Source of the DNA: a virus
Lineage: Duplodnaviria; Heunggongvirae; Uroviricota; Caudoviricetes
Length of the DNA: 35,211 bases
Strand: one strand, 5' to 3'
Virus record (IMG/VR): IMGVR_UViG_2703718792_000017
Span: 1-35,211 of that record
This document shows, in pieces, positions 25,766-35,211 of this stretch (positions within the stretch are counted from its first letter, which is position 1; each line of letters begins with the position of its first letter). Made by a program: the position numbers and the translations under genes. The notes under the pieces were generated by a model, which worked only from the letters and a program-made list of their open reading frames with translations, had not been told where the DNA came from and did no database searches.

Positions 25766-27245
25766 CACCATTCCGTCGAATACGCTGGTTCCGCTGTTTT
25801 ATGCGGAAATGGATAATCAGGCGGCGAATACTGCACAGGACAGCGGAGCATCGCTGCTGATTGGTCATGCCAATAACGGTGCAGAGATTGTTGCCAACAG
25901 TCTGGTACTGATGCCGTCGGCAGACTATGCACGCCATATTTGTGGTGTGGGAAGTCAGCTGGCGCGTATGGTCGAGGCTTATCGCCAGACCGACCCGTTT
26001 GGCGAGCTGTATGTGATTGCCGTTCCTGAATCCACGGGCGCGGCGGCAACGGTTACGCTGACGGTGACCGGCGCGGCAACCGAAACCGGCACGGTGAATG
26101 TTTATGTGGGACGTACCCGCGTGCAGGCACCGGTGACCAACGGCGATAACGTTGCGACGATTGCCAGCAGTATCCAGGATGCCATCAATGCCGTTCCGAC
26201 CCTGCCGTTTACTGCCTCATCTTCGGCAGGCGTGGTCACACTGACCGCGCGTCATAAGGGGCTTTGCGGGAATGAAATTCCTGTCAGCCTCAATTACTAC
26301 GGCTTTGGTGGGGGCGAAGTGCTGCCAGCGGGCGTACAGATTGCCGTGGCGACGGGTACCGCCGGAACGGGTGCTCCGGTTCTCACCGGCGCGGTGGCTG
26401 CAATGGCGGATGAGCCGTTTGATTATATCGGCCTGCCGTTCAACGACACGGCCTCCGTTAACACGCTGGTGACCGAGATGAACGATACCAGCGGTCGCTG
26501 GAGCTATGCGCGTCAGCTGTATGGTCATGTGTATACGGCAAAGATCGGCACGCTGTCAGAACTGGTGACCGCAGGTGACCAGTTTAACCAGCAGCACATT
26601 ACCCTGGCGGGGTACGAAAAAGAGACCCAGACGCCTGCCGACGAGCTGGCGGCAAGCCGTACCGCCCGCGCAGCGGTGTTTATCCGCAACGATCCGGCAC
26701 GTCCCACGCAGACCGGTGAGCTGGTGGGTATGCTGCCTGCGCCGAAGGGGAAACGGTTCACGATGACCGAACAACAGACCCTGCTGTCTCATGGCGTGGC
26801 AACGGCGTATGTCGAAAGCGGGGTACTACGCATTCAGCGTGATGTCACCACGTACAGGAAAAACGCTTACGGGGTTGCGGATAACAGTTACCTCGACAGT
26901 GAGACGCTGCATACCAGCGCGTATGTACTGCGCAAACTGAAATCCGTCATTACCAGTAAGTACGGGCGTCACAAGCTTGCCAGTGACGGTACCCGCTTTG
27001 GTCCCGGTCAGGCGATTGTCACCCCGGCGGTGATCAAAGGGGAACTGCTGGCAACCTACCGTCAGCTTGAGCGTGCGGGGATCGTGGAAAACTACGAACT
27101 GTTTAAGCAGTACCTGGTTGTGGAGCGTGATGCCAGCGATCCGAACCGCCTGAACACGCTGTTCCCGCCTGACTATGTTAACCAGCTGCGTGTCTTTGCC
27201 GTGGTTAATCAGTTCCGTCTTCAGTATTCAGAGGAGTCTGCATAA
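25749..27245 (+). CDS. Tail sheath protein (Mu gpL-like)
   Basis: 498-aa ORF followed by the tube gene; sheath-family sequence character. Confidence 0.88.
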   Translation: MTISFNTIPSNTLVPLFYAEMDNQAANTAQDSGASLLIGHANNGAEIVANSLVLMPSADYARHICGVGSQLARMVEAYRQTDPFGELYVIAVPESTGAAATVTLTVTGAATETGTVNVYVGRTRVQAPVTNGDNVATIASSIQDAINAVPTLPFTASSSAGVVTLTARHKGLCGNEIPVSLNYYGFGGGEVLPAGVQIAVATGTAGTGAPVLTGAVAAMADEPFDYIGLPFNDTASVNTLVTEMNDTSGRWSYARQLYGHVYTAKIGTLSELVTAGDQFNQQHITLAGYEKETQTPADELAASRTARAAVFIRNDPARPTQTGELVGMLPAPKGKRFTMTEQQTLLSHGVATAYVESGVLRIQRDVTTYRKNAYGVADNSYLDSETLHTSAYVLRKLKSVITSKYGRHKLASDGTRFGPGQAIVTPAVIKGELLATYRQLERAGIVENYELFKQYLVVERDASDPNRLNTLFPPDYVNQLRVFAVVNQFRLQYSEESA

Positions 27246-27601
27246 TGGCCCGTATCGGGGGAACCTGTTATTTCAAAATTGACGGTCAGCAGCTATCGCT
27301 GACCGGCGGCATTGAGGTGCCCATGAACAGGACGGTCAATGATGACATCATCGGCCTGGACGGTTCAGTGGACCGCAAGGAAACTCACCGTGCGCCTTAT
27401 GTCAAAGGGACCTTCAAGGTGCCGAAGAATTTTCCGGTGAGCAAAATCACCTCGTCTGATGAGATGACCATCACTGCCGAGCTGGCGAACGGTCAGGTCT
27501 ATGTATTGTCGTCCGCCTGGCTGCACGGAGAAGCGAACCATAATGCCGAAGAAGGCACGGTTGATCTTGAGTTCCACGGTGAAGAAGGGGATTACCAGTA
27601 A
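27245..27601 (+). CDS. Tail tube protein (Mu gpM-like)
   Basis: 118 aa directly after the sheath gene; ATAATG start overlap. Confidence 0.82.
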   Translation: MARIGGTCYFKIDGQQLSLTGGIEVPMNRTVNDDIIGLDGSVDRKETHRAPYVKGTFKVPKNFPVSKITSSDEMTITAELANGQVYVLSSAWLHGEANHNAEEGTVDLEFHGEEGDYQ

Positions 27602-27870
27602 TGAAAGAGCTTGAGTTAAAGAAACCGATTATCGCTCATGGTGAGACACTCTCCGTACTGGAGTTTGATGAACCCACCGGGAAGGATGTCCGCGAGCTGG
27701 GGTATCCCTACCAGATGAATCAGGATGAGTCCGTCAGACTTCTGGCGCATGTGGTGTCGAAATACATTGTGCGGCTGGCGAAAGTGCCGCAAAGCTCTGT
27801 CGACCAGATGTCTCCGGCAGATCTGAATGCAGCGGCGTGGCTTGTGGCTGGTTTTTTCCTCCAGGCCTGA
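27601..27870 (+). CDS. Tail assembly chaperone, short form
   Basis: 89 aa between the tube and tape measure genes; carries a slippery site near its 3' end. Confidence 0.72.
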   Translation: MKELELKKPIIAHGETLSVLEFDEPTGKDVRELGYPYQMNQDESVRLLAHVVSKYIVRLAKVPQSSVDQMSPADLNAAAWLVAGFFLQA

Positions 27871-28019
27871 CGGCTGAATACCTCACTGATCGCTTCTTTG
27901 ACTGCGCCAGCTACTGGCGCATTAATCCCTTCGAATTGCTGAATATGCCGATCAGTGAAATTCCCTTGCTGGTCAGTCAGGCAAACAGGATAGAGCAGGA
28001 GAAACGCACACATGGCTGA
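27852..28019 (+). CDS. -1 frameshift extension of the tail assembly chaperone (long form = 27601..27857 joined to 27858..28019)
   Basis: Slippery heptamer T_TTT_TTC at 27852-27858; the -1 frame stays open to 28019 (...FFPPGLTAEYLTDRFFDCASYWRINPFELL...), ending at the tape measure start. Confidence 0.6.
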   Translation, partial: FFPPGLTAEYLTDRFFDCASYWRINPFELLNMPISEIPLLVSQANRIEQEKRTHG

Positions 28020-29847
28020 ATTTGAGCTTAAGGCGTTGATCACCGGTGTCGACAGGCTTTCTCCCGCGCTGTCGAAAATGCAAAAGAAAATCCGGGGATT
28101 TAAACGCCAGGCGGAAGAAGCGTCACAGGGTGGGCTGGCGCTTGGTGGCGGACTGGCAGCGGGTCTGACGCTTTCCCTGAAATCTTATGCCGATCAGGAA
28201 AACGCCGCCACCGGGCTGAAAGTCGCCATGATGGATGCGAACGGCGAGGTCGGAAAGAGCTTTCAGGACATCAATAAACTGGCTATTGGCCTGGGTAACC
28301 AGCTACCCGGTACAACGGCTGATTTCCAGAACATGATGCAGATGCTGGTGCGTCAGGGGATCCCGGCAGAAAACATTCTTGGCGGTGTGGGTAAAGCGAC
28401 AGCTTATCTTGCGGTACAACTGAAAAAAACACCGGAAGCGGCTGCTGAGTTTGCTGCAAAGATGCAGGATGCTACCGGAACGGCGTCAGAAGACATGATG
28501 GGGCTGTTCGACACTATCCAGAAGGCGTTTTATCTGGGTGTTGACGATACCAACATGTTGTCCTTCTTCACTAAAACCAGCTCTGTTCTGAAGATGGTGA
28601 ACAAGGACGGTCTTCAGGCTGCACAGAGCCTTGCCCCCATCAGCGTCATGATGGATCAGATGGGGATGAACGGGGAGTCGGCAGGTAACGCCCTGCGAAA
28701 AGTTATCCAGTCCGGATTAAGCGTTAAGAAAATCAGGGACGTCAATAAAATCATGGCCCGCCAGAAACTCGGGGTACAGCTCGATTTTACTGACGGCAAA
28801 GGAAGTTTTGGCGGTCTTGATAACATGTTCAGGCAACTGGCAAAGCTGCGAAAACTGACCGACGTTAAGCGAACAGGTGTACTTAAGGCAATATTTGGTG
28901 ATGATGCCGAAACCCTTCAGGTGGTCAATGCACTAATCGATAAAGGAAAGGATGGCTACGATCAGATCCAGCAGAAGATGAATAAACAGGCCAGCCTGAA
29001 TAAACGTGTTCAGGCCCAGCTTGGTACGCTGTCCAACCTGTGGGAGGCAATGACGGGGACCGCAACTAACGGCCTTGCGGCTATTGGCGGCGCATTTTCT
29101 GGTGACGCCAAAAATATCACGCAATGGCTGGGGGAGTTAGGGGAAAAATTCACGAAGTTTGCGGATGAAAATCCCCGGGTTATTCGCGGCGTCGTCGGGC
29201 TTGCTGCCGGTCTTGCGATTCTGAAACTGGGATTGATGGGCGTTGGCGGTGCCATCAGTATTGTCAGCAGGATCATGTCGATGACGCCGATTGGAATGAT
29301 TGCGACGGCGATAGCCCTGGCTGCGGGATTAATTATCACTAACTGGGATGTTGTCGGACCTTATTTCAAGAAGCTCTGGGAAACCATTGGTCCTTATTTT
29401 GAGGCTGGCCGGGAACTTCTGAAGAAGGTTTTTGCCTGGTCGCCGCTGGGGATGGTAATCAATAACTGGGGACCGGTTGTTAAGTGGTTTCAGGATATGT
29501 GGGACAAACTGAAGCCAATTATTGAGTGGTTTACCGACAGTTCCGGTGACACGGTCGATGCCATTAACTCTGCGCAGTGGGGCGCGGGTGCTTATGATGC
29601 TTATGGGACGGGAATACCGGCACGGGGATACACACCTTATCAGGCGGTAGATCCGGCTCAGTCAAACAACGCCTCCGGTGCCACAGGCCCGAATCCCTTC
29701 ATGATTAACAAAGCTTCTGCGCCAAAAGTTGATGGTGAGATCAAGGTCTCTTTTGTGAATTCGCCTCCGGGTATGCGGGTTATGGAAACGCGATCCAGCG
29801 GTTTTGATGTCAGCCATGATGTTGGCTATACGCGCTTTGGCAGGTAA
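28012..29847 (+). CDS. Tail tape measure protein
   Basis: 611 aa; alpha-helical N-terminal half, hydrophobic Gly/Ala-rich segment, Trp-rich repeats (NWDVVGPYFKKLWE, NNWGPVVKWFQDMWDKL). Confidence 0.88.
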   Translation: MAEFELKALITGVDRLSPALSKMQKKIRGFKRQAEEASQGGLALGGGLAAGLTLSLKSYADQENAATGLKVAMMDANGEVGKSFQDINKLAIGLGNQLPGTTADFQNMMQMLVRQGIPAENILGGVGKATAYLAVQLKKTPEAAAEFAAKMQDATGTASEDMMGLFDTIQKAFYLGVDDTNMLSFFTKTSSVLKMVNKDGLQAAQSLAPISVMMDQMGMNGESAGNALRKVIQSGLSVKKIRDVNKIMARQKLGVQLDFTDGKGSFGGLDNMFRQLAKLRKLTDVKRTGVLKAIFGDDAETLQVVNALIDKGKDGYDQIQQKMNKQASLNKRVQAQLGTLSNLWEAMTGTATNGLAAIGGAFSGDAKNITQWLGELGEKFTKFADENPRVIRGVVGLAAGLAILKLGLMGVGGAISIVSRIMSMTPIGMIATAIALAAGLIITNWDVVGPYFKKLWETIGPYFEAGRELLKKVFAWSPLGMVINNWGPVVKWFQDMWDKLKPIIEWFTDSSGDTVDAINSAQWGAGAYDAYGTGIPARGYTPYQAVDPAQSNNASGATGPNPFMINKASAPKVDGEIKVSFVNSPPGMRVMETRSSGFDVSHDVGYTRFGR

Positions 29848-29907
29848 TGAAAAATTAATCTGTTAATGAGTCCCACTCCGGTGGGATTTTTTATGTACGG
29901 AGTTTAT

Positions 29908-31236
29908 ATGACGTGGAAAGACAGACTTCAGGACGCGTCATTTCGCGGTGTGCCGTTTAAGGTTGAAGAAGAAAGTGCGGGAACCGGTCGTCGTGTGGAA
30001 ACGCACGAATACCCGAACCGCGACAAACCCTATACCGAAGACCTGGGGAAAATCACTTTCCGCCCGTCCATCACAGCTTATGTGGTGGGAGATGACTGCT
30101 TTGACCAGCGCGATCGCCTGATTGACGCGCTGAATAAACCCGGTCCCGGCACGCTTGTCCATCCGACTTACGGTGAGCTGAAAGTCTGTGTTGACGGGGA
30201 AGTTCGGGTCAGCACATCGAAGAGTGAAGGGCGTATTGTCCGCTTTGACCTGAAGTTTGTCGAAGCGGGAGAACTCTCTTACCCCACTTCAGGTGCGGCG
30301 ACGGCGCAGACGCTGATGTCATCCTGTTCTGCACTGGATGACTGCATCAGTGACAGCTTCAGTGGTTTCAGTATCGATAGCGTGGCAGATTTTGTGCAGA
30401 ACGACGTCGTCGGTAATGCCAGCACAATGCTTGGGTATGTTTCTGATGCGATGAAAGTGGTGGATTCTGCCGTATCGGATGCCGCCAGGCTGTTGCAGGG
30501 GGATATCTCGGTACTTCTGCCGCCACCATCGTCAGGCAAAAATTTCGTTGAGCAGGTGCAGAAAATGTGGCGTACCGGGAAACGCCTTTATGGTAACGCC
30601 AGCGACCTGGTCACCATGATCAAAACGCTTTCCGGTGTCAGCCTCGGCAGCGATCTGCAACCGCGCGGCGTCTGGAAAACGGACAGTAAAACTACCGCCA
30701 CGGCGACGCAGCAGCGTAACGTGGTTGCCAGCACCCTTCGTACGACCGCAATCAGCGAAGCGGCGTATGCCGTCACACGATTGCCTGCGCCCACAACTTC
30801 CGCGGTGATGCAGAATGCCACAGTAGGGCAGTCAACAACACCCGCGCAGAGCACCGGCTGGCCTTCTGTCACGCATCCGGCACTGAACAATGCACCGGCG
30901 GTGAAAAACACGGTTGACCTGCCAACGTGGGAAGAACTGACCGACATTCGCGACACACTGAATACGGCAATTGATAAGGAGTTGTCCCGTACAACCAGTG
31001 ATGCGCTGTTTCTGGCGCTGCGCCGGGTGAAAGCAGATCTGAATGCGGATATCAACACGCGCCTTGAACAGTCTGCACGGATCATTCAGCGCACGCCGGA
31101 TGAGGTTTTACCCGCGCTGGTGCTGGCGGCGACCTGGTTTGATAACGCGGCGCGTGACGCGGACATTATCCGGCGTAATGCCATTACGCATCCCGGCTTT
31201 GTGCCGGTGATCCCTCTGAAGGTGCCAGTGCAATGA
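29908..31236 (+). CDS. Mu gpN-like tail protein (DNA circularisation protein family)
   Basis: ATG at 29908 with GGAG upstream (MTWKDRLQDASFRGVPFKVEEES...); follows the tape measure gene as in Mu. Confidence 0.78.
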   Translation: MTWKDRLQDASFRGVPFKVEEESAGTGRRVETHEYPNRDKPYTEDLGKITFRPSITAYVVGDDCFDQRDRLIDALNKPGPGTLVHPTYGELKVCVDGEVRVSTSKSEGRIVRFDLKFVEAGELSYPTSGAATAQTLMSSCSALDDCISDSFSGFSIDSVADFVQNDVVGNASTMLGYVSDAMKVVDSAVSDAARLLQGDISVLLPPPSSGKNFVEQVQKMWRTGKRLYGNASDLVTMIKTLSGVSLGSDLQPRGVWKTDSKTTATATQQRNVVASTLRTTAISEAAYAVTRLPAPTTSAVMQNATVGQSTTPAQSTGWPSVTHPALNNAPAVKNTVDLPTWEELTDIRDTLNTAIDKELSRTTSDALFLALRRVKADLNADINTRLEQSARIIQRTPDEVLPALVLAATWFDNAARDADIIRRNAITHPGFVPVIPLKVPVQ

Positions 31237-32312
31237 ACGACAATGTCACGCTACGGGTAAATGGCCGGGAGTGGAATGGCTGGACATCGGTGCGCATCGG
31301 TGCCGGTATTGAACGGCTGGCGCGGGATTTCAGTGTGGAGATCACTCACCAATGGCCGGGAGATGAGGGTATCACCACGCTTCAGCCGCGCATTAAAAAC
31401 GGTTCAAAAGTGGAAGTGCTGATTGGTGATGAGCTGGTGATCACCGGCTGGGTGGAGGCGACTCCCGTTCGTTACGATGCCCGTTCGGTCAGCACCGGTA
31501 TTGCCGGACGTAGTCTGACGGCTGACCTGATTGACTGTGCAGCCGAACCGACACAGTTTAACGGACGCTCGCTGGTGCAGATTGCGCAGGCGCTTGCTGC
31601 GCCTTTCGGCATTGAGGTGGTGAACAGCGGTGCGCCGTCGGGTGTTATTCCTGATGTTCAGCCTGATCACGGTGAAACGGTGATTGAGGTAATCAACAAA
31701 ATACTCGGTCAGCAGCAGGCGCTGGCTTACGACGACCCGCACGGCAGGCTGGTGATTGGCGGTATTGGCTCAACGCGGGCACATACCGCGCTGGTACTTG
31801 GGGAAAACATCCTTTCCTGTGATACGGAGAAGAGTATCCGGGAGCGGTTTTCTGTTTACCAGGTGGCGGGGCAGCGTGCCGGAAACGACGATGATTTCGG
31901 TGAGGCCACCACCACCGCGCTGCGGGCCCGCACAGAGGACGCATTTATTGCCCGTTACCGTCCGATGTATATCAGGCAGACAGGGCAGGCCACGGGGGCA
32001 GGCTGTATTGCGCGTGCTGACTTTGAAGCCCGAAAACAGGCGGCGCGGACGGATGAAACCACCTATGTGGTGCAGGGCTGGCGACAGGGTAACGGTACGC
32101 TGTGGCAGCCCAACCAGCGGGTGATTGTCTTCGATCCGGTCTGTGGTTTCGACAATACCGAACTGCTTGTCTCGGAAGTCACGTTTACTCAGGACCAGAA
32201 CGGCACCCTGACGGAAATCCGTGTCGGCCCGCCTGATGCTTATCTGCCTGAACCCGAAGCCCCCGGCGCGCGGAAAAAGAAAAAAGCCAGAGTACAGGAG
32301 GACCCGTTCTGA
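31233..32312 (+). CDS. Mu gpP-like baseplate hub protein
   Basis: 359 aa; ATGA overlap; position and size match the Mu-like baseplate cluster. Confidence 0.8.
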   Translation: MNDNVTLRVNGREWNGWTSVRIGAGIERLARDFSVEITHQWPGDEGITTLQPRIKNGSKVEVLIGDELVITGWVEATPVRYDARSVSTGIAGRSLTADLIDCAAEPTQFNGRSLVQIAQALAAPFGIEVVNSGAPSGVIPDVQPDHGETVIEVINKILGQQQALAYDDPHGRLVIGGIGSTRAHTALVLGENILSCDTEKSIRERFSVYQVAGQRAGNDDDFGEATTTALRARTEDAFIARYRPMYIRQTGQATGAGCIARADFEARKQAARTDETTYVVQGWRQGNGTLWQPNQRVIVFDPVCGFDNTELLVSEVTFTQDQNGTLTEIRVGPPDAYLPEPEAPGARKKKKARVQEDPF

Positions 32313-32860
32313 TGAGGACGATTGAAGCCATGCAGCGACAACTTCTCGGCCTGATTGGGCGGGCAGTGGTGAAAAGCATCAGTGCCGCCACGAAATGTCA
32401 GACCGTGGATGTGTCCCTGATTGCCGGTGAACCCAAAGCCGGGGTTGAACATCTTGAACCCTACGGTTTTACCGCAAGGGCAAACAGCGGTGCGGAAGCG
32501 GTGGTGTTGTTTCCGGATGGCGACCGTTCTCATGCGGTGGTTGTTACGGTGTCGGACCGGCGCTACCGCCTGAAAGGGCTGCAAACGGGTGAGGTGGCTG
32601 TCTATGACGATCAGGGGCAGTCTGTGACGCTGACCCGGGAGGGGATCGTGGTGGACGGTGCAGGGAAAACGATCACGTTTCGCAATGCACCTGAAGCACG
32701 TTTTGAAATGGATCTGGAAGTGACCGGACAGGTGAAAGACCTGTGCGACTCCGGCGGCACCACCATGTCAGCGATGCGGCTTGCCTATAACGGGCATCGT
32801 CACAGAGAGAACGGTCAGGGCAGTAACACCGACAAACCTGATAAAGCGATGGAGGCATGA
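32312..32860 (+). CDS. Baseplate assembly protein V (spike, Mu gp45-like)
   Basis: 182 aa; gpV-like region VDVSLIAGEPKAGVEHLEPYGFTARANSGAEAVVLFPDGDRSHAVVV. Confidence 0.78.
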   Translation: MRTIEAMQRQLLGLIGRAVVKSISAATKCQTVDVSLIAGEPKAGVEHLEPYGFTARANSGAEAVVLFPDGDRSHAVVVTVSDRRYRLKGLQTGEVAVYDDQGQSVTLTREGIVVDGAGKTITFRNAPEARFEMDLEVTGQVKDLCDSGGTTMSAMRLAYNGHRHRENGQGSNTDKPDKAMEA

Positions 32861-33285
32861 TGGAACTGTGGCTGACGGTGAACGGTAAACGCACCTGCGC
32901 CAGCGCACCGCTGGATCCGCTGACCCGCGCCGTGGTGATTTCCCTGTTCACCTGGCGGCGGGCGGAGCCTGATGACAATGCCGACGTCCCGATGGGATGG
33001 TGGGGGGATACCTGGCCTGCGGTACAGAATGACCGTTACGGCTCCCGACTGTGGTTGCTTCAGCGCAGCAAACTGACCAATCAGCTGGTGCAGACGGTAA
33101 GGGGATATATCCGCGAATGCCTGCAATGGATGACTGATGACGGCGTGGTGTCCCGTATTGATCTGGATATCCGCCGCACCGGGATTAATGAGCTGGGTAA
33201 CAGTATCACCCTCTGGCGTCGTGATGGACCAGTAATGATTTCTTTTGATGATCTGTGGAGTGCGATAACGCATGGCGGACAGTGA
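32857..33285 (+). CDS. GP46-family baseplate protein (Mu gp46-like)
   Basis: 142 aa; ATGA overlap; matches the family in size and position. Confidence 0.75.
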   Translation: MMELWLTVNGKRTCASAPLDPLTRAVVISLFTWRRAEPDDNADVPMGWWGDTWPAVQNDRYGSRLWLLQRSKLTNQLVQTVRGYIRECLQWMTDDGVVSRIDLDIRRTGINELGNSITLWRRDGPVMISFDDLWSAITHGGQ

Positions 33286-34330
33286 ATTTCAGCGCCCGAC
33301 GCTGGCAGAAAATATCAGTATGCTCCGTAACGATTTATTCGCCAGGCTGGACGTCAGCGACACGCTCCGGCGCATGGATGAAGACGTGCGGGCAAAGGTG
33401 TATGCGGCGGCGCTGCATACGGTCTACGGTTACATCGATTATCTGGCAATGAATATGCTGCCTGACCTGTGCGATGAGTCCTGGCTGGCGCGACATGCTG
33501 CGATGAAACGGTGTCCGCGCAAGGGGGCCACGGTTGCCAGCGGGTATATGCGCTGGGAAGGTGTCAGCGATGGCCTGAAGGTGACTGCCGGGAGTGTTAT
33601 TCAGCGCGATGACCTGGTGCAGTACACGACAACTGACGATGCAATCAGCTCCGGTGGTGTCCTGCGCGTGCCGATCGCCTGCTCAAGTGCAGGTGCGGTC
33701 GGTAACGCTGACGACGGTACGGCATTAATCCTGGTCACGCCGGTGAATGGTCTGCCGTCTTCCGGTGTGGCTGACACCCTGACAGGCGGATTTGATACTG
33801 AAGAGCTGGAAACGTGGCGCGCCCGCGTCATTGAGCGGTATTACTGGACGCCGCAGGGCGGGGCTGACGGGGACTATGTCGTCTGGGCTAAAGAAGTGCC
33901 TGGCATTACCCGCGCATGGACATACCGACACTGGATGGGAACGGGGACTGTCGGTGTGATGATTGCCAGCAGTGACCTGATTAATCCCATTCCGGAAGAA
34001 TCAACGGAAACGGCGGCAAGACAACATATCGGGCCACTGGCCCCGGTGGCAGGCTCTGATTTGTATGTGTTCAGGCCGGTGGCACATACGGTGGATTTTC
34101 ATATCCGTGTGACGCCGGACACACCGGAAATACGGGCTGCCATCACCGCGGAGTTGCGTTCGTTCCTGCTGCGTGATGGTTATCCGCAGGGAGAACTGAA
34201 GGTGTCACGTATCAGTGAAGCGATTTCCGGTGCGAACGGGGAATACAGCCATCAGTTGCTTGCACCGGCGGACAATATCACCATTGCGAAAAATGAACTG
34301 GCGGTTCTGGGGGCGATTTCATGGACGTGA
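33272..34330 (+). CDS. Baseplate J-like protein (Mu gp47-like)
   Basis: 352 aa; matches the family in position and size. Confidence 0.8.
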   Translation: MADSEFQRPTLAENISMLRNDLFARLDVSDTLRRMDEDVRAKVYAAALHTVYGYIDYLAMNMLPDLCDESWLARHAAMKRCPRKGATVASGYMRWEGVSDGLKVTAGSVIQRDDLVQYTTTDDAISSGGVLRVPIACSSAGAVGNADDGTALILVTPVNGLPSSGVADTLTGGFDTEELETWRARVIERYYWTPQGGADGDYVVWAKEVPGITRAWTYRHWMGTGTVGVMIASSDLINPIPEESTETAARQHIGPLAPVAGSDLYVFRPVAHTVDFHIRVTPDTPEIRAAITAELRSFLLRDGYPQGELKVSRISEAISGANGEYSHQLLAPADNITIAKNELAVLGAISWT

Positions 34331-34905
34331 CAAACGATGATTACATCCGTCTGTTGTCAGCACTGTTGCCGCCCGGTCCGGCGTGGTCAGCCAGCGATCC
34401 GGCGATTGCCGGTGCGGCACCGTCATTAACCCGTGTTCATCAGCGTGCGGATGCCCTGATGCAGGAGCTGGATCCGCGCACCACCACCGAACTGATAAAC
34501 CGCTGGGAGCGTCTGTGCGGCCTGCCGGATGAATGTATTCCGGCAGGGACACAGACCCTTCGCCAGCGTCAGCAACGGCTGGATGCGAAGGTTAACCTGG
34601 CGGGCGGCATCAATGAGGATTTTTACCTTGCGCAGCTTGCTGCCCTGGGCAGACCAGACGCCACCATCACGCGATACGACAAAAGCACGTTCACCTGCTC
34701 ATCTGCCTGTACTGACGCGGTGAATGCGCCGGAATGGCGGTATTACTGGCAGGTCAACATGCCAGCCGCCACCAACACCACCTGGATGACATGTGGCGAT
34801 CCCTGTGATTCCGCGCTGCGCTTCTGGGGGGACACCGTTGTCGAGTGTGTTCTTAACAAACTCTGCCCGTCGCATACCTATGTGATTTTTAAATATCCGG
34901 AGTAA
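34321..34905 (+). CDS. Mu gp48-like tail protein (DUF2313/YmfQ-like)
   Basis: 194 aa; Cys-rich C-terminus; lies immediately upstream of the tail fibre gene. Confidence 0.75.
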   Translation: MDVTNDDYIRLLSALLPPGPAWSASDPAIAGAAPSLTRVHQRADALMQELDPRTTTELINRWERLCGLPDECIPAGTQTLRQRQQRLDAKVNLAGGINEDFYLAQLAALGRPDATITRYDKSTFTCSSACTDAVNAPEWRYYWQVNMPAATNTTWMTCGDPCDSALRFWGDTVVECVLNKLCPSHTYVIFKYPE

Positions 34906-34908
34906 TCC

Positions 34909-35211
34909 ATGCATCGTATAGACACGAAAACCGCGCAGAAGGATAAGTTCGGCGCGGGTAAGAACGGTTTTACCCGTGGTAACCCCCAGACCGGCACGCC
35001 TGCCACCGATCTGGATGATGACTACTTTGACATGTTGCAGGAGGAGCTTTGCAGCGTTGTGGAGGCATCCGGTGCCAGCCTGGAGAAGGGGCGGCATGAC
35101 CAGCTGCTTACCGCGCTTCGTGCGCTGCTGTTAAGCCGCAAGAATCCGTTTGGCGATATCAAATCGGATGGCACGGTGAAAACAGCTCTCGAAAACCTTG
35201 GTTTGGGAGAA
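34909..35211 (+). CDS. Tail fibre protein, N-terminal fragment (3' end truncated by the window)
   Basis: [47 protein letters not shown] is the conserved tail-fibre N-terminal region; the ORF is open to the window end. Confidence 0.75.
   Translation, partial: MHRIDTKTAQKDKFGAGKNGFTRGNPQTGTPATDLDDDYFDMLQEELCSVVEASGASLEKGRHDQLLTALRALLLSRKNPFGDIKSDGTVKTALENLGLGE

Larger units (their letters stand above)
1445..35211. mobile_element. Integrated lambdoid/SfV-like prophage (HK97-type head, Mu-type tail), left end at thrW; right end outside window
   Basis: Continuous phage gene set from integrase to tail fibre. attL is expected to overlap the tRNA 3' end; attR cannot be seen because the window ends inside the tail fibre gene. 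Confidence 0.85.

Noticed and set aside
20491-33931. Numerous minus-strand ORFs antisense to terminase, portal, capsid and tail genes (for example 20491..21066, 22257..22691, 24385..24882, 30588..31085, 32815..33273)
   Set aside because: They lie entirely inside well-supported structural genes on the opposite strand, have Arg/Ser/Pro-rich compositions typical of antisense frames in GC-rich DNA, and lack start contexts.

Overview
This window is the left junction of a chromosome with an integrated, largely intact temperate prophage. It opens with a complete proA (1-1254) and tRNA-Thr thrW (1369-1444), followed immediately by a tyrosine integrase, so the prophage is inserted at thrW and runs beyond the window end (tail fibre gene truncated at 35211). 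Gene order is lambdoid: int-xis and a leftward early operon (yfdP/yfdQ/yfdR-like), a CI(S24)-Cro switch with palindromic operators, a replication module (Rha, O-like initiator with internal iterons), a nin-like region (RusA, KilA-N, DUF968), antiterminator Q, a lambda-type lysis cassette (S holin, R transglycosylase, Rz/Rz1), HNH endonuclease plus TerS/TerL, an HK97-type head (portal, protease, major capsid) and a Mu-type contractile tail (sheath, tube, frameshifted chaperones, tape measure, baseplate). The best candidate for an undescribed system is a low-GC, antisense, translationally coupled two-gene operon between Q and the holin (13815-15378): a 343-aa soluble protein followed by a 179-aa four-helix membrane protein, with its own sigma70-like promoter. 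Its architecture resembles sensor-plus-membrane-effector abortive-infection modules, but no family could be assigned. Other items worth a second look are an AT-rich small gene beside cI, a 23-bp perfect palindrome, a long structured non-coding leader, a 284-bp tandem duplication carrying an HNH gene fragment, and a possible cos site. All calls come from reading the sequence and ORF translations; no database search was run.
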